Notes: generated from the sequence alone by a model not told the origin. A stretch of DNA of 64,000 nt from Harriotta raleighana (GCA_050575255.1 JBNZDD010013721.1:9699372-9763371), one strand, 5' to 3'; numbered from the stretch's first letter, positions 1-13,589 are shown. Made by a program: numbers and translations.

Positions 1-1272
1 GACTGATTGATACAAGCTACTGGGGGCAGAGACTGAATTTAGTGTTACAAAGTCGATGGATTTTTCTTTCCCCGCACACCCCCCTAAGAGAAGGCATTTT
101 TCTTGATGAAGGTGACATTTGTTTTTCAAACGCATGTAACATGACGGCATAAATCTTATTCGAATCGTATGATCAGTTACCAGTCATGCCATCGCGACAA
201 GTATAATATATGGCTGTGTGGGTGAGCTTTATTCTGAGCATTGATAGCAATTGTGTGGAGTCATGTCAGTGCAGGCAAACAGTGCAGTCTCCCAGTGACA
301 AAGTTCTCATTTGTTTGATGGAACAAATGTCTCCACTTATGAGGCTCCCTATAACTCACCCTCTCCTCATCCGACTAAATTCATATTGGGATATTAACCC
401 CAATGCCACCCTCAAGCAAGGCTATATCAGTGTTATAATCAAATAATCAAGGATTATTTTAACAAAGTGCCTGAAATATTTTGCATTTCACAAAGTGAAT
501 GGAAAGGAAGACGCGGACGATTTTTGTGTCATTGCTAAATGTTAGAAAGAGAGATTCCTTGCAGACTGTCAAATTTGTATCAAAGTGATGCATGCTAAAG
601 AATGCTCCATTTACAATAACTGAGAGCGTTTTATCCTGGAGAACGTACCTTTTTGTGCCTGCATTTCTCGAGTCTCCCCTTTTGTCTGTATCTTCTGTTT
701 TCCTAACTGTGTTTTTTTTTACGTTTCCCTACAAATTCAATGCAGTTTTGGAGGTTTGATTTAGGGTTTTTTTTCCCCCAAAACAGGAAAAACCGGTTGG
801 ATTGACTAGAAATCGGAATTAACGATTAAGCCATCCAATAGCCCAGACCTCCCCAATCATTTGCTTGATGACGTCAAAGACGGTTCCACATCATTTGATG
901 ACTTTGTTAATACAAATCCTGATGGCAGCACAACTGCTGACTTTTCCGATCAGCCTTGATTCCAGCAACTCAAAGGAGCTCAGATGAATAAACCCACCCA
1001 ACGTAATTGTATGGTTAAAATAACGGAATTATTTTATTTGTTCTCTTGAATCTTCGTAGAATGCCATTCGTGAAGCTTCACTTGCGATCATGTTTGAATG
1101 TGAAACTCTCCCAGGCAGTATCGTCACATTGAGCCCCGTCTCCTTTATAAAGGCTGAACCAGGGTTGTTGAAGCATGCATCAGGCTATAGGAAGTCAGTG
1201 ATATCCCTACCGACACTCAAGGCAATCTCTGATCCCTTTCTGTGCTTTCTGGCCGCCATGAGGATCAGTTTT

Positions 1273-1416
1273 ACATAAGAATTAGGAGCAGGAATAGGCC
1301 ACTCGACCCTTCGAGCCTGCCCTGCCATTCAATAGGATCATGGCTGATCTTCTGACCTAATCTAATTATCTGCCCTATCCCCATATCCCCTAATCCCTCT
1401 ATTTTTAAAAAATCTA
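1273..1416 (-). mobile_element. CR1-clade LINE 3' end (5'-truncated)
   Basis: ACATAAGAATTAGGAGCAGGAATAGGCCACTCGACCCTTCGAGCCTGC...GATCATGGCTGATC is the reverse complement of the typical chondrichthyan CR1 3' UTR (recognised from memory). Confidence 0.85.
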
Positions 1417-3009
1417 AAAATGTTTTGTGACATGTCTCTCCTTTCGAGACTTATCGCTGGCTGGATTTCTCGTTATTACTATTTAATATGAAAATTGTTT
1501 CTCATTGGAAAATGTATTGTTACATCCTTGCAATTATTTCTATTTTTGTGACCTAAACAAGATGTATTACATCTTCACCCCACCCAAACCTTAAGTGTGA
1601 AGTGACCCGATTAAGTATAATTGTCATTTTTGTAATGATTTGCTTCTGTAGAAAATCATGTGCTCCTGTCTCTTGATATCACTTGTGCAGTAATTTTTCA
1701 CAGACTTCTAAATTATTAAATTGAAATTAATTATACACTCTTAACATAATTAATTTCGAAAAGCTAACAAAACACAGCATTTACAGTTGAATCAAGCTCA
1801 TACAAGTTTACCAATATTTGTCTCCAGGTGCCTCTGTATGTTTGAATTATTATTTTAGGAGTTTATTGATGTGTGTACATGTGTGTCCATCATGCCAAGA
1901 CAAATTTAAAACCTCAATTATGATTATTTAAGACTGAAGGGAGTGTTGTAGCAGAGGTAAGCCGTGGTGATAAGAAATATTGTTTGGACACTTTAGCATA
2001 CATGCAATGGATTTTCTGACCGCAGTAATGGGGTTTAAACTAATTAGACTAAAGGTAAGAATTCCAAAGGCATTCAGTTGGGCGATAAATATCTGATCTA
2101 CATTAATAAAAGTAGAGTGTGGACAAATTGTCTGTCAGTGTTTTCCCTTGATGTGATTGATTGGGCGAGCAGCTTGCTCCACATTCCTCCTAGTGCTATT
2201 GTTGATTCAAAGGATTATTTTTCGCAGCATATTGTCCCCTTAATCTNTGCTGTTGAAAGCTATTGTGCATCTAGTGCTATTGTTGATTCAAAGGATTATT
2301 TTTCGCAGCATATTGTCCCCTTAATCTACACCTTCTTTCCCAATGGCAATGTTCCTCACAAGGTTCCAGGCACTCTGCAGGAAGTTATTTGATTTCTGAG
2401 ACGTGTAAAAGGATTAATACAGCAGGATTTTCATAAGCCTTGTTTCTTCAGAATGATATTGACCCTACGTTTGATATTAGCAGTAATCAGGATAACTCTA
2501 CAACTGCTCTGCTCTGATACATTTGGGCAAACTGTACTTCTCTGTTAAGAAAGTTAATCCAACCGTTTATCTTCACTAAAAGAATATGTTTGAATGCGGT
2601 ATTTATTTCTGAAGCATGCATTATATTGACTGGAATTAGAATTATCCACTCGAATTACAATGGAGCATCATTTAAAATCTTGCTAGTTGCAGTTGTGCTC
2701 AGTGGGCAGCCAGCTATCTGTTTGTGCTGATCCTGATGGTGATTCTCTAGACAGTATTTTTTTTTTTGATGTGTACAGGATGGATTTTTACATTTAATGA
2801 AAAAGTAATTCTGCACAATGCTGGGGTTTAAATCTTCATCCTTCAGGCTCTATCAATCTCTACTTGATACTTTCATATACAGAATGTTAAAGAAAAGCAC
2901 ATTTAACTCTTTCGATATTTCTTACAGCTTATTTCATGGTGGGACATCTCAAAGCAGTTCAGATGCTAATTTGCACGCTGCAATGTCCCACAACCAACCA
3001 TGAAATGAA

Positions 3010-3195
3010 TGACCAATTTTATCCAGGGAATTGTCCCATGCTACAAGGAGAAATTCCTTTCTCTTTTTGAATTGTGTCATGGGATCTTCAGTGTCTACCT
3101 GAAAAGGCAAGCAGGACCTTGGTTTAACGTCTCATCTGAAGGATGAAACCTTTAACAATGCAACACACTCCAGTACTGTACTGGAGTTTCAGCCG
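3010..3195 (-). mobile_element. DeuSINE-family fragment (Deu core)
   Basis: CATGGGATCTTCAGTGTCTACCTGA...TTGGTTTAACGTCTCATCTGAAGGATG matches the reverse complement of the Deu domain (GGATGAGACGTTAAACCGAGG...AAAGATCCCATG); homologous to 51400-51470. Confidence 0.8.
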
Positions 3196-3449
3196 AGACC
3201 GACACCTGGTACTCTGTGAACCCTAAATCTGAATTTAAAGAAAATTGGTATAGCCACACAGTACTCTGTGGGCGTAAAATTAATTATTATTCTTGTACTT
3301 TGTGCAGAAACACTACTATGATTTGTAAGAAGATGAATTGTTTTCATATTTATTCATCAAATACAAGACTTCCCTTATTACCTGTTCGGAATAAATTCCC
3401 AAGATTTACTACAGATTAATCTTTGATAGGATTGCTCGTGAAGGAAACC

Positions 3450-4445
3450 AGAATTGTGGACCTCACACCAGTCCAATGAAAATTCTCTTTCCAAAACGAT
3501 CTAATTCCTAAGTATGGGCACGATGGGTCTCTGGTCACGAGAAGGAATCTTCATTCAAATTCCTTATTGAAGAACCCTGTTAAAAATCCACACAAGAAAA
3601 TCTCAGCAGCTCAGGAACAATGATGTTTCTCACAACCTCTGATAATCTCTTTCTGTCAATCATACCCACCTAAAATTAACAAGTCAATTCCATTCCTGCA
3701 CCATCGCATATCCAACTGGTTTTAAAGATATTGGTGCATTCATATCATCCTCTTTTTGTAACTGTTCTACGCTGCACAAGGCAATACATTGAAATAACAA
3801 ATATAATGAAGGTATTTTTCATCCTAAGAAAATGACAAGTTAGGCTCTGAAAGCAGGAGTTAACCAGTTCTCGTGGAAGATATAAACTAGGCAGCACTTG
3901 AAAGTAAGACTTTTTTGGTTTAATACCCCATTTGAGATCTTCACTCGAAATAATAGAAAGATCGTTGAATGTGATATGACTACATTTCAAAATAAATCAA
4001 TCTGAGCAGTTTCATTCTGCTTCCCATTGGAACTCAATACAACAATGCAAACCTATCAAATCCAGTATTAATTTGCAATAATTCTGCAACCTTCCTGATA
4101 GGGCAAAGGCCAATGTCATGCTCAAGGGAAGAGCTCCTTCGAGTTTGGAGAATTTTATTGTAGGGGATGTGATTACATCTGAAATATGGTACATGGAAAG
4201 GAGCTTGGATGCATCCAAAAAGTTAGATTTTCACCCATTCCCCCCACTGAAATATAGCGGATGGAAAGAAGCTGCTTTTGTATCTTAATAGAGGCTCCTT
4301 GCAAAGAAAGTGGATTTGCTGGCCTACTTTAATGTCAAGTTTAACGGGGTCAATATTCAGGAAATCTGGAGGGTATTGTTTGGAAATAAATTGACTAATT
4401 TTTATCATTAAATTACACTGTGTGAAAAGTTGATCTGGAACCATT
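3450..4445 (-). pseudogene. possible highly decayed L1-like LINE ORF2 C-terminal remnant
   Basis: ORF 4223-4444(-) VPDQLFTQ...ISQFISKQYPP resembles the post-RT L1 motif (IP..FF.....IS.FIW...PP); several adjacent broken minus-strand ORFs; boundaries uncertain. Confidence 0.3.
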
Positions 4446-5829
4446 AGTATAAGTGGCTAAAATGCAACTTTCTCCGACTAACTTAATTTTGGTGCTAATG
4501 AAATGCCATCAAACTGAAAGCTTTTTTTTTTAAATGAGTGAGCGCTCACGTTTGTCCGCAGGTTTCCAAAATGCTAAAATGTATTGCTCCCCCACACTTT
4601 TCATCTCCATCTTAAAATCTATTCCCTATTTGTGCTCACAACTACATTTGCCATGAGCTTCGATGTGGTTCTTTATGTGAAGATCTCCATATAAATCCAG
4701 GGCACAATATACATGCAATGTTGGAGGCCAGTACAACATGAAGTAAGAGTGTTCATATCTATCGACAAGAAGACAAGCCATCTGGTCTTATGATTTTCAA
4801 TTGAAGTGCTATGTTCATATTTAAAATAGTTCAGTGGACTCTGAAGTTATAATTATAATTCATTGCTCTTTATCTAATCAGCAGCCCACTGGCAATATTC
4901 AAAGGCATCTGAGCTGTTTTGTGGGAATACGGTCAGCATTGGTTCGCTATTACTGTCAGAGACAGCAGTTTTAATAAGTTGTTTGCATAGTTTGATCTAT
5001 TGATATCTTGATGATGAGTAGGATTAATATGGGGCTGACAAGCCTCCCTCCCTCCCACCCCACTCTCCCCCCCCACCCTTCACCCAATGATAAATTCCCT
5101 ATTTCAATGTGGATTTATAAAATTGACTTATCTCCAAAGGGGCACAAGAAGTAAGTGATGTGACGCACTGGGGATTATTGAAGCATTTGTAACTACAGTA
5201 TTCTCATTAAAAGTTGAGGAATTGGACTCTGATGGGAAATGAGCATGATATTTTACTTGTGTGAATGAAGTGACCAGAACCCAGAAGAGCCACCATCTGT
5301 CTTGGTCGTTTGTGCTGTAGCTCATGATAATTGTTGTCAGTTCAATACCTATAAGCTCGAGCACAATAACAAAGTAGATTTGTTTTATATGAATAACAAA
5401 AGCCAACCCAAAGTATTAAGAGGAACTCGATTGGCAGGCACTGGGGATAAGCAATCATATGGGATGAATTCTGGTGAAAGCAATTGGTCTTCAGGTTGTT
5501 GGTTTTTGCTCAAGGATAAGAGCTAACTATGCAGAACTAATGCTTAATTTGTCCTAGAGAAATCAATTCTGCCATATTCTACCATCAGAAAGTAGAGGTT
5601 TGCAAGCGTGAACTGTAATGTCATGAAAGGAGTCCACAGACCAAATCAGAAGACAGTGACTTTCCATTTATTTACTCACAATAATAGAAGTTTTTCAAAG
5701 AAAATCCAGCCAACTCTATTTCTTCTGCATGAAATCACTTAATGTGCTCATCGCAAGTGAGCCTTAATGCATACCTATCATTATACTTCTACTTACTTGC
5801 TTGCTTATAAAATACAGTACATAGGTCCC

Positions 5830-5905
5830 ACACTTTAAAGTATATCCTGTGAAGTGAATTGAGGCATCTTCCCGGCAGTATATCAAATGTAAGAATAATT
5901 TTTGC
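5830..5905 (+). mobile_element. degenerate SINE 3' tail
   Basis: CACTTTAAAGTATATCCTGTGAAG...TATATCAAATGTAAG similar to 48300-48375. Confidence 0.6.
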
Positions 5906-6099
5906 TATTACTGTGTTTTATTTTGGGTTGTCTGCCATTCTGCAGTAACAAACTGCTTTCAAAGATTGCTCCTTCCCTAACGCTGGAATTAAAAATTCAC
6001 CCACTTGCCAAGTTTTTTATTCAGACAATAATACTGATATCCTTGGAATATATTTGTGAATTCTGCCCTCCCATCAGAGTGAGCCTTTGGTCCTGGCTG

Positions 6100-6300
6100 T
6101 ATTTATTTTATTTATTTATTTATTTATTTATATATAATATTTATATAGCGCCTTTCACGTCAGGAGGACGTCCCAAGGCGCTGTACAGTCAAGTGGGGGG
6201 AGGGGTCGGGGGAAGAAAAGCAGGAAAAAACTGACTGTATACTTGTGGGCGAAACGCGGCAGCCAAAATGCGCACAGCAGTGTCCCACAAACAGTCATGC
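6100..6300 (-). mobile_element. SINE body fused to an L2-type 3' tail ending in (TAAA)n
   Basis: 6232-6300 matches the SINE body; 6147-6182 is an intact L2-type stem-loop AGCGCCTTGGGACGTCCTCCTGACGTGAAAGGCGCT on the minus strand; (ATTT)n at 6100-6130. Confidence 0.8.
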
Positions 6301-8307
6301 AAGCGAGGGGGCCAGGGATGAAAGGGGGAAAGAGGGCAAGGGGAGGGGTTAGGGTAGGAGGAAGAGAGAAGGAAAACCAGGTGTATATCTGGGTGTATAT
6401 ATGTTTCCAGACTTCCAAAGCTGCCAAGCTCTTTCCATCAGTTTTTGAATATTTTGTTTTTGCATTCTGCTTGTGTTTACTACGAAGCGTGCAAAATATT
6501 TTCCCTTTAAAATTTGCAAGAATAAAGTCATTTCATAATGTAATGAATAATAATTATTATTATTAAGGTATTTTAGTTTTATTATAATTTCAGAATGTCT
6601 AAAAAATTGCCAGCATGGGCACAATACATTGAAGTTGCCACCCCTTCCCTTTTCCACCACATTTTCTTTGCCTTGGTGCCTTCAACAGAAACATTGAAAT
6701 GTTCTCGTCTGTGGCAGGGGGGAAGCACTGAATTCACAAGTTATGGCTGGAGGCAGTCACGGGAACAGATAATTGCATGGCAAGAAATACTGCAGAACAT
6801 AATTCTTTTACTTGTGGAGAAATGGCATGGTGTGGATCAACCCTTTCTATTGTAATTTGTGCCAGCATTTTCATATTGAGTGTCTGGTTTCTGAGGAGAG
6901 TTCAGTATCGTACAGATTAAGATCCAGAAAGCAATAGGAATCATGAGGAAACCGCTGGTATCTGACCATTTTAAGTGAGGATAGCATCAATTGATTTATC
7001 TGTGCTCGGTGTCTAACAGGTAGCCCTAAGCCCTAGCAATCGGGAGAAGAGGTTACGCTGTAGAACTTTGTCATGTACATGCAAGTTTTTTTTTTTTTTT
7101 CTGAGCTGTGGAGTGGAGCTGTTATGATGGGTTGCTTTCCTTCAGGGTACTGAAAAATGGAGCGTTAAGGATTGCTGAGGTGTGAAGCGACAGCATTGTC
7201 TTGTGTGGGGGAGAGGGAGGGATTTAAGTGAGGATTAATAACCATCTGCCTTGTTTGACTGGTATCGCAACAAAATCTTTTCTGTTTACCAGAACGCTAG
7301 AAATTGTAACAAAGTGCTATTGACAGGTTTTTTTCTGCTCTAACTACTTGCGAATCGATTAGTGCATATTTAATTATAATTGGTGGGGAATGTGAACATC
7401 ATTCTAAACTTACGAACAACTGAAACAAAACTATTATATTCCATGGTATAAATCGGAAATGATCAACGCACTTCTGCAGTTGCAACTCTTGTTTGCTTCT
7501 CCTCCTCCTCCTCTTCTTACTCCCCACGCAACGACCACCCCACCAGTTTACTGATGTTGGGAGATGGTATAGCAGTAATTGCTCTGCAACTTCACGACGA
7601 CTCATTTTTAATCTGGATCATAACAAAAAGGTACTCAAGCATCCCTGGCAGGAGAAATCCTCCTCTATCCACGTGATATAAAAGTTGAGCGGGAACAGTT
7701 GTCGAAGTGTTTGCCCTCAGGCAACTTGACCTAAATACACAAAGCGACCAAACCTCATTATTGAGTCTTTCTGAACTCATAAGCTGAAACTGATTAGTGC
7801 GGATTCGCGTCTGTGCCGGGCCTGTGTTAGCAAAACAGATCACGTTCTTATTAATGCTGATCTCAGAACCTGATGTAAACAGGGCTGTGGCGACAGCATT
7901 TAGAGAATGATATTGTCTCTGAAAATCTGGAAAAGAAGCAGCAGTTAGCTGTCATTTCATTGATTGTGCGGAAGCAGGTGCTTCCATGAGTGTGAACTAA
8001 AATCACTGGTGGCTTGTGAATCTCTTGTGGCTTTACAATGCAGAGGCCCATCTGGGTAAAGTATTCAACTCCAATCTGGATGGATATCACAGAATTGCCC
8101 ATTTTATGGTGGGCAGAAATACTCGCAAGACCTTACTTGTGATCAGTGAATAATGTTTAAAACTAAAAAAGGGAAATGTAACTTTCTTACAAGACGGCCA
8201 AAGCCCAAGAGTTTGGGTGTGAACATAGGGATGTTGAAGAGAATCATCAACAATACCAACGATTATAGTGTGAATAGGTTACCATAACTTCCAGTCTCCC
8301 GTTTGAT

Positions 8308-8520
8308 ATAATAATAATCATAATGATAATTTAACATTTGGTACAGAGATTTTCATGTCTTATGGACGTCTCAAAGCGCTTCACAGAATATGCTGCAAAG
8401 TAAATTGACTGCATGTTTTGTGGGCGAATCGCAGCAGCCAAGTGCGCTCAGCAGTGTTCCACAAACAGTTGTGGAATTCATTATTGTTTTCTTTTGAGGG
8501 ATTATTATCAAGCGTATGTG
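8308..8520 (-). mobile_element. tRNA-SINE, 5'-truncated copy
   Basis: Colinear with the reverse complement of 48170-48391 (tail, TTCACAGAATAT, GCAGCCAA, CCACAAACAG, GAGGGATTATTA). Confidence 0.9.
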
Positions 8521-8804
8521 ATAATATTGGGTACCTGTGTGAAATAAATGAAATCAACAGTAATTCAACAAAACAATATGCTGTATTTTGTCCCTGAGGC
8601 GTAGAATACATATATACAAAATCTGCTTGCTAATCCACTAGATTCTATTTATTTGCCTTTTGAAGAGCCGTAACAATGAAAGTATTAAGTCATATGTATA
8701 TTTGGAGGTTTAACTTTACTTTCTGCTGTTACTAATTGTTTCAGTGTTCTGCTTTACTTTTCATTTAATGAAACTTACATCGTACAGCACAGGATTTAAA
8801 ACCT

Positions 8805-9270
8805 GGTTTACATTTGTAAAGTGCCTGTCATTTCAGGAAGATGTCCCAAGGTGCTAAATAGATTAGGATGGGAGATAGGGAGCGGGAAGGGTGGCCAAAG
8901 GCAGGGTTGAAGAGGAGAGTCTTGAAGGAGGTGTGTGTTGAAGGAGGCGAAGGGAATGTGGGATGGAGTTCCAGAGGTTGGAGGCAGAAGGAAGGGGATA
9001 GGTTGATAAGGGGTTAGCAGGTCGGAGAGGTAGGAGGGGGCAACACCATGGAGGGCTTTGAAGGTTAAGGCGAGAATTTTGACCTCGAGCCTCTGAGGGA
9101 ACGGGGGGTGGGCAGTGGAGCCGGGCAGGAGTGGGTAGGTTTGATAGGGTCACGGAGCCTGGTGCGTGAGAGGACACAATCCGTAGAGTTTTGGATGATC
9201 TGCAGCTTGTGGAGGGAAGAGTTGGGAAGGCCGACAAGCAGGACATTGCATAGTCAAGCCTGCTTGTGAC
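8805..9270 (-). mobile_element. L2 LINE 3' fragment (ORF2 C-terminus plus tail)
   Basis: Frameshifted minus-strand translation VTSRLDY/NVLLVGLPNSSLHKLQIIQNS..., later SASNLWNSIPHSLR, typical of the L2 ORF2 C-terminus; tail at 8805-8860. Confidence 0.9.
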
Positions 9271-11407
9271 ATATCTTTTTTTTTTACGATTGTTGCGCTT
9301 GTCATACAATTTTTTTTAAGGATGAGTTTATGCATATTAAAATGGGTTGCTTATCAAAAGACAGTAAAACAGGTTTCCAGATGAAAGGCCTATACAAGTG
9401 TAATTTTGTTGCTGGTTCCAGGAGTAACTTCAGTGCAATATCGGTGCGATTGACAATAGAAAGATTGGCAATTACATGACGTTCTTTTTGGGTGACATTG
9501 TGATTTTCACGTTAAGTTATACAACCATCAATGTTTTGATGAAATATTTCTGCATCCATCGGAATAAAACGTGGGCTAATTTTCAAGATTTTACATTAGA
9601 AGGAAACTGCCAACTTCTAAACTCTGAAAAATATCTTGGTTCTGCCACCCACACAGTGGGATTACACACAATACTGAGTTTGAAGGCCGTATTATCGTCA
9701 AGACAGAGCCTCTGTTGCTGGTTGACATTGCTGATATAGCTTGTGGAAATCGGTGAAATTCCACATCTACACTGTGTTCTTTGATTAAAATGTATTTATT
9801 GCATGGTGATTTTATATTAAAAATATCAGCAACCAGAAAAATGTCATCAACATTATTAGTATAGTACCACAAAGACTGAAAGTAAGTCTTTAAAACGTGA
9901 AATCGGCCTGAATTTGTGGAATGCAATTTCTGCTCAAATCAGTGAAGGGTTCTGGATTGTTGCAAATTCTACCATTGAGGCAGAGCCTAAAAAATAACAT
10001 ATCAACGGATTCAAGATATGCAAATAATTACAAGCGCTGTCAATTCAGCTGGCCTATCTGTGCTGTACAATGGATAAACATGATGGAGGCTGAATCTTTA
10101 AGCCCAGGGGCATTCCTTGCATATTTGGATTGCTATACAAGACAATAGACAGTCATGTTTACAAAAGGCCCTAGATAGCATTGGTTTGACTGTGTGCTGT
10201 GTGGAAGCTTGAAATCCTGAACGCCCAATGTGCCTCAGACTGCGATACTTAGGGCAATTTACATCACATATGTCTTGCGGGTTTTGTTTTACGGGGAAAA
10301 TGTTTTGTTTCGAAGGCTTTTGCAAAAGCATATCCCTTGAGGTCTGTGCTGGATTAGAGTCTGTAGGTTCATTTCACACTGCATTGGCAATGCCAATTTG
10401 CGTTCCAACTCATTTTAAACCCCAAAGTTATCTACTTGAAAGGTGCTATACAAATGTAAGTGTGTTGTTTTCTGGTTTTGTTTGCATCATTGCTGTAACA
10501 ATCATCCAATAAATCCAGATTTGCAGCCAGTTCAGTCTCCATTTTCAGCAATTCAGTGCAATGGATTTCTCCTTATACTGCAAAATCCCTGTTTTATGCT
10601 GCTTCTGAAATATGGTTTTTACTATATTATACCTGGATGCTTCTTGTTTCTGACCACTGTTTCTCTGTATCTTTGGCTTCTGTCTCTCTTTGCTTTTGTG
10701 TCCTTTCCTTTCCACACCCCCACCCCCCCACCAACCTCCAACTACCAGACCCATGTCATTTTCAGTAACAATTCTAGCCTAATGTAACTTCAGATTAAGA
10801 ATGTTCACCTCTGGGAGTTGGCTTTGTGGCTTCTAGGAAAGGGATTGCTATTAAGTCCGTGAGTGTAAGGTAGTATTACACTGTACTAAGCTCTTGTCAT
10901 CTACCAGATGGTGCGTCTGATCTTTGTAATGGTCTGAATCATTCTGAAAGCAAGAAGGTGCCTTTAAGTTGATCACTAAAAGAAAGCAGTGGGAAAGATT
11001 TCCGGGAGGTTAGATACAGAAAAGATCCATTTAATCTTACAATACAAAAAGGATAAGTCAGTATGTCCACTTTGGTTCCTTCTGTGAAGTAACAAATAAC
11101 AATAATTTGCATTTATAAAGTGCCCTTCACATAGGGTAACATCTATCCTAGGGTAATGTTTCTGTATGTAATGTTCATCACATGTCCATTTTAGTGTGTC
11201 AGGATTTGGCTCAAGTGGTACCATTCGTACCTGCAGTTTCAAACCCCATGTCAGGACTTGAGAAGGATATTTTTTATGATCTCCTGACCAATGTATAATA
11301 ATAATAATAATCCATGCATTTGATTAAAGTGCTTTTCACGTCTTCTAGACGTCTCAAAGCTCTTCACNACTTGAGAAGGATATTTTTTATGATCTCCTGA
11401 CCAATGT

Positions 11408-11713
11408 ATAATAATAATAATCCATGGATTTGATTAAAGTGCTTTTCACGTCTTCTAGACGTCTCAAAGCTCTTCACACAAAATACTGTAAAGTGAATTG
11501 ACTGTGTATATGTGGACAAAACGCAGCAGCCAATTGCGCACAGCAGTGTCCCAGTCATGGATTGAAATGAGCAATTTATTATTGCTTATTTTGAGGGATT
11601 ATTATTTGGCGTGTGGAGTGAGGGTACTAAGGTTTCGCCCTGACCTGCCTGGAATTGGACCCAGGTTTCTCGCTTGTAAGGCGAATGCTCTAACCACTGA
11701 ACTATGGGACTCC
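11408..11713 (-). mobile_element. full-length tRNA-headed SINE (SINE2-1_CM-like)
   Basis: Pol III A/B boxes on the minus strand (AGTTCAGTGGTTAGAGC; GGTCCAATTCC), body and (TAT)n tail; the tail is duplicated across N11368. Confidence 0.93.
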
Positions 11714-11839
11714 ATTTCTAAAGAAATTATCCATTCACCTTATGTGGGACTTTGTTGATGCAAATAACCTCCATGTTATAATTATTATTGTTAATAAGGT
11801 TTGGCGTGTGCGTTGGGGTAACTGCTGGAGTCTAACCAT

Positions 11840-12130
11840 GAAGTCCAGTAACGTAGTGGTTAGCACTCACGCCTCGCAAGCGATATGTGGGGGGAAACTT
11901 TAGGCAGGAAGTAGGAAGCTGTTTGTTATTCAATTGGCGGATCGCTTTCTCCGGGTAATATTGTCCAGAAATACACAGTCCCTTCACTTCCCAGTATATT
12001 CTGTGANGCTTTCTCTGGGCAATATTGTCCAGAAATACACAGTCCCTTCACTTCCCAGTATATTCTGTGAAGCCCTTTGAGATGTCTCAACATGATAAGG
12101 TGCAATATCAAATGCCAGTATTAGTTATTG
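11840..12130 (+). mobile_element. degenerate SINE copy, divergent from the 11408-11713 copy
   Basis: Head-like GTAGTGGTTAGCACTCACGCCTCGCAAGCG, CAATTGGC, TATATTCTGTGAAG...TATCAAATGC; internal duplication across N12007. Confidence 0.75.
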
Positions 12131-12799
12131 TTGCTATGTTTGCCTAGAAAGGATTATGTCTGTGCGATTCTGATGACCTTTCACCTAATTTTTTTTCAAA
12201 GTGATTAAGGGTGGAATTCAGTGATCTGCGCCATGTGCTTTTTAAATAGAGTAGGAGCTAGTAGGAGCACCCTGGTATTATGATGTCCGTTATATGCTGT
12301 CTGTTTCACTATGTATGTAGTACTTATATCAAAAAAAATTAAACACAGGCATGTAATTGAAAAGCTAACGACCAGTTTCTTTTCTGATTTAAGAATAATC
12401 TGTAGTCTGACTCAATAGTGACAGGGTTGAAGTAAGCCCTTGAATGGACATGTGTTTCTCAAAATATTATCTTATTTTGACCGAGGCAGGAAGGAAGTGG
12501 GATTTTCTGACATGGTGGAGCCGTGCCCACATTTGGTCATTTTGTGCTAATCAAAGACCCGGAGGGTACACACAATTTCCACGTCGATGGCATGAATGAA
12601 CTTTCAATTATCGTTGGGAGATTGTTCCTCTCCCAGTGGCATTGGGGCGTTGATTTATTCATGATGATTTGGAAAAAGACTATGGAGAAGGTCAGGCCGG
12701 CTCAGAAGGGAGCACTATTGCCTGTACGTCAGAAGGCTGTGAGTTGAAGCCCCCCACATTGAGAATTTGAACTGTTAAGCTGTTACTCGAATGTAGTGT

Positions 12800-12900
12800 T
12801 GGGTATGTGCTGAATTGTTAGACTTGCCACCCTTCAGATGAGAGGTTAAACCAAAGTCCCGACTACCCATTCAGCCTGTAAAAATCCAATGGCACATCAC
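12800..12900 (+). mobile_element. DeuSINE core fragment
   Basis: CTTCAGATGAGAGGTTAAACCAAAGTCCC...AAAAATCCAATGGCAC matches the Deu domain. Confidence 0.7.
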
Positions 12901-13589
12901 ATTTATCTGATTGAGTCACATTAACTGTTTTGAGAATACATTGTGTGTGTGGAGAGAGTTCCATGTGTGCAGTTCAACTTTCAGTGAACCGACTCTACGT
13001 GAACCTTTTTTTTTAACTGTGGGAACTTAATTAACTTTGAACGTTGCATTTAAGGGATTAACTTTAATTTATGCCCAGAATATGTTTTGCTGGCATTTCA
13101 TTGACTTCACTGCAAAAAAAAAAGCAGCTCCAAAGTTGTTGGCAATGAGGTTAGATGGAGTAATACTATGTTGGATTATAATTATAACTTTTTAAGATGA
13201 CTGTCTTAAAAAGTATTCTTAAGTGGGGAGTGACAAAATCCTGCATATCTATATATACTAGGAATATTTCCTGTACAAGGCAGCAAACCAGTCTTTCTCG
13301 TTACTCTTTCCAGCCACTGAGATAAGGTAATCATTGTAAAAAGTGAAACCGCTGCACGCAAGCAGTTTAAATGTGGATTCAATGTCGTGGGAAACATTCT
13401 GCAATATAATGCAACATTTAGTTTATGGATGAGTGTACTTGAAAAGTCTTTCAATTCGAACCAGTTGCATCTGTACAGAGGCTGGTGGTTAATTTTTGAT
13501 GCTGGAATGTGAAACGAGCTTACGCACACATGGAAAACCCCACACAAATCGTTCTTTCCCAGGAGAACAAGCCAGTGATATCTGACGTG

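Noticed and set aside
2190-2327. 57-bp direct repeat suggesting a CRISPR-like array, and the repeated peptide in ORF 2078-2392
   Set aside because: Only two copies, straddling a single N; assembly overlap in eukaryotic DNA; no cas genes
7145-7179. VLKNGALRIAE, Ig-strand-like mini exon
   Set aside because: Weak donor, very short, no other Ig-like exons nearby
8863-9309. 148-aa ORF as a host gene
   Set aside because: Frameshifted L2 ORF2 remnant
10900-10916. CTCF-like motifs (also near 62527)
   Set aside because: Mismatches at core positions; expected by chance in 64 kb
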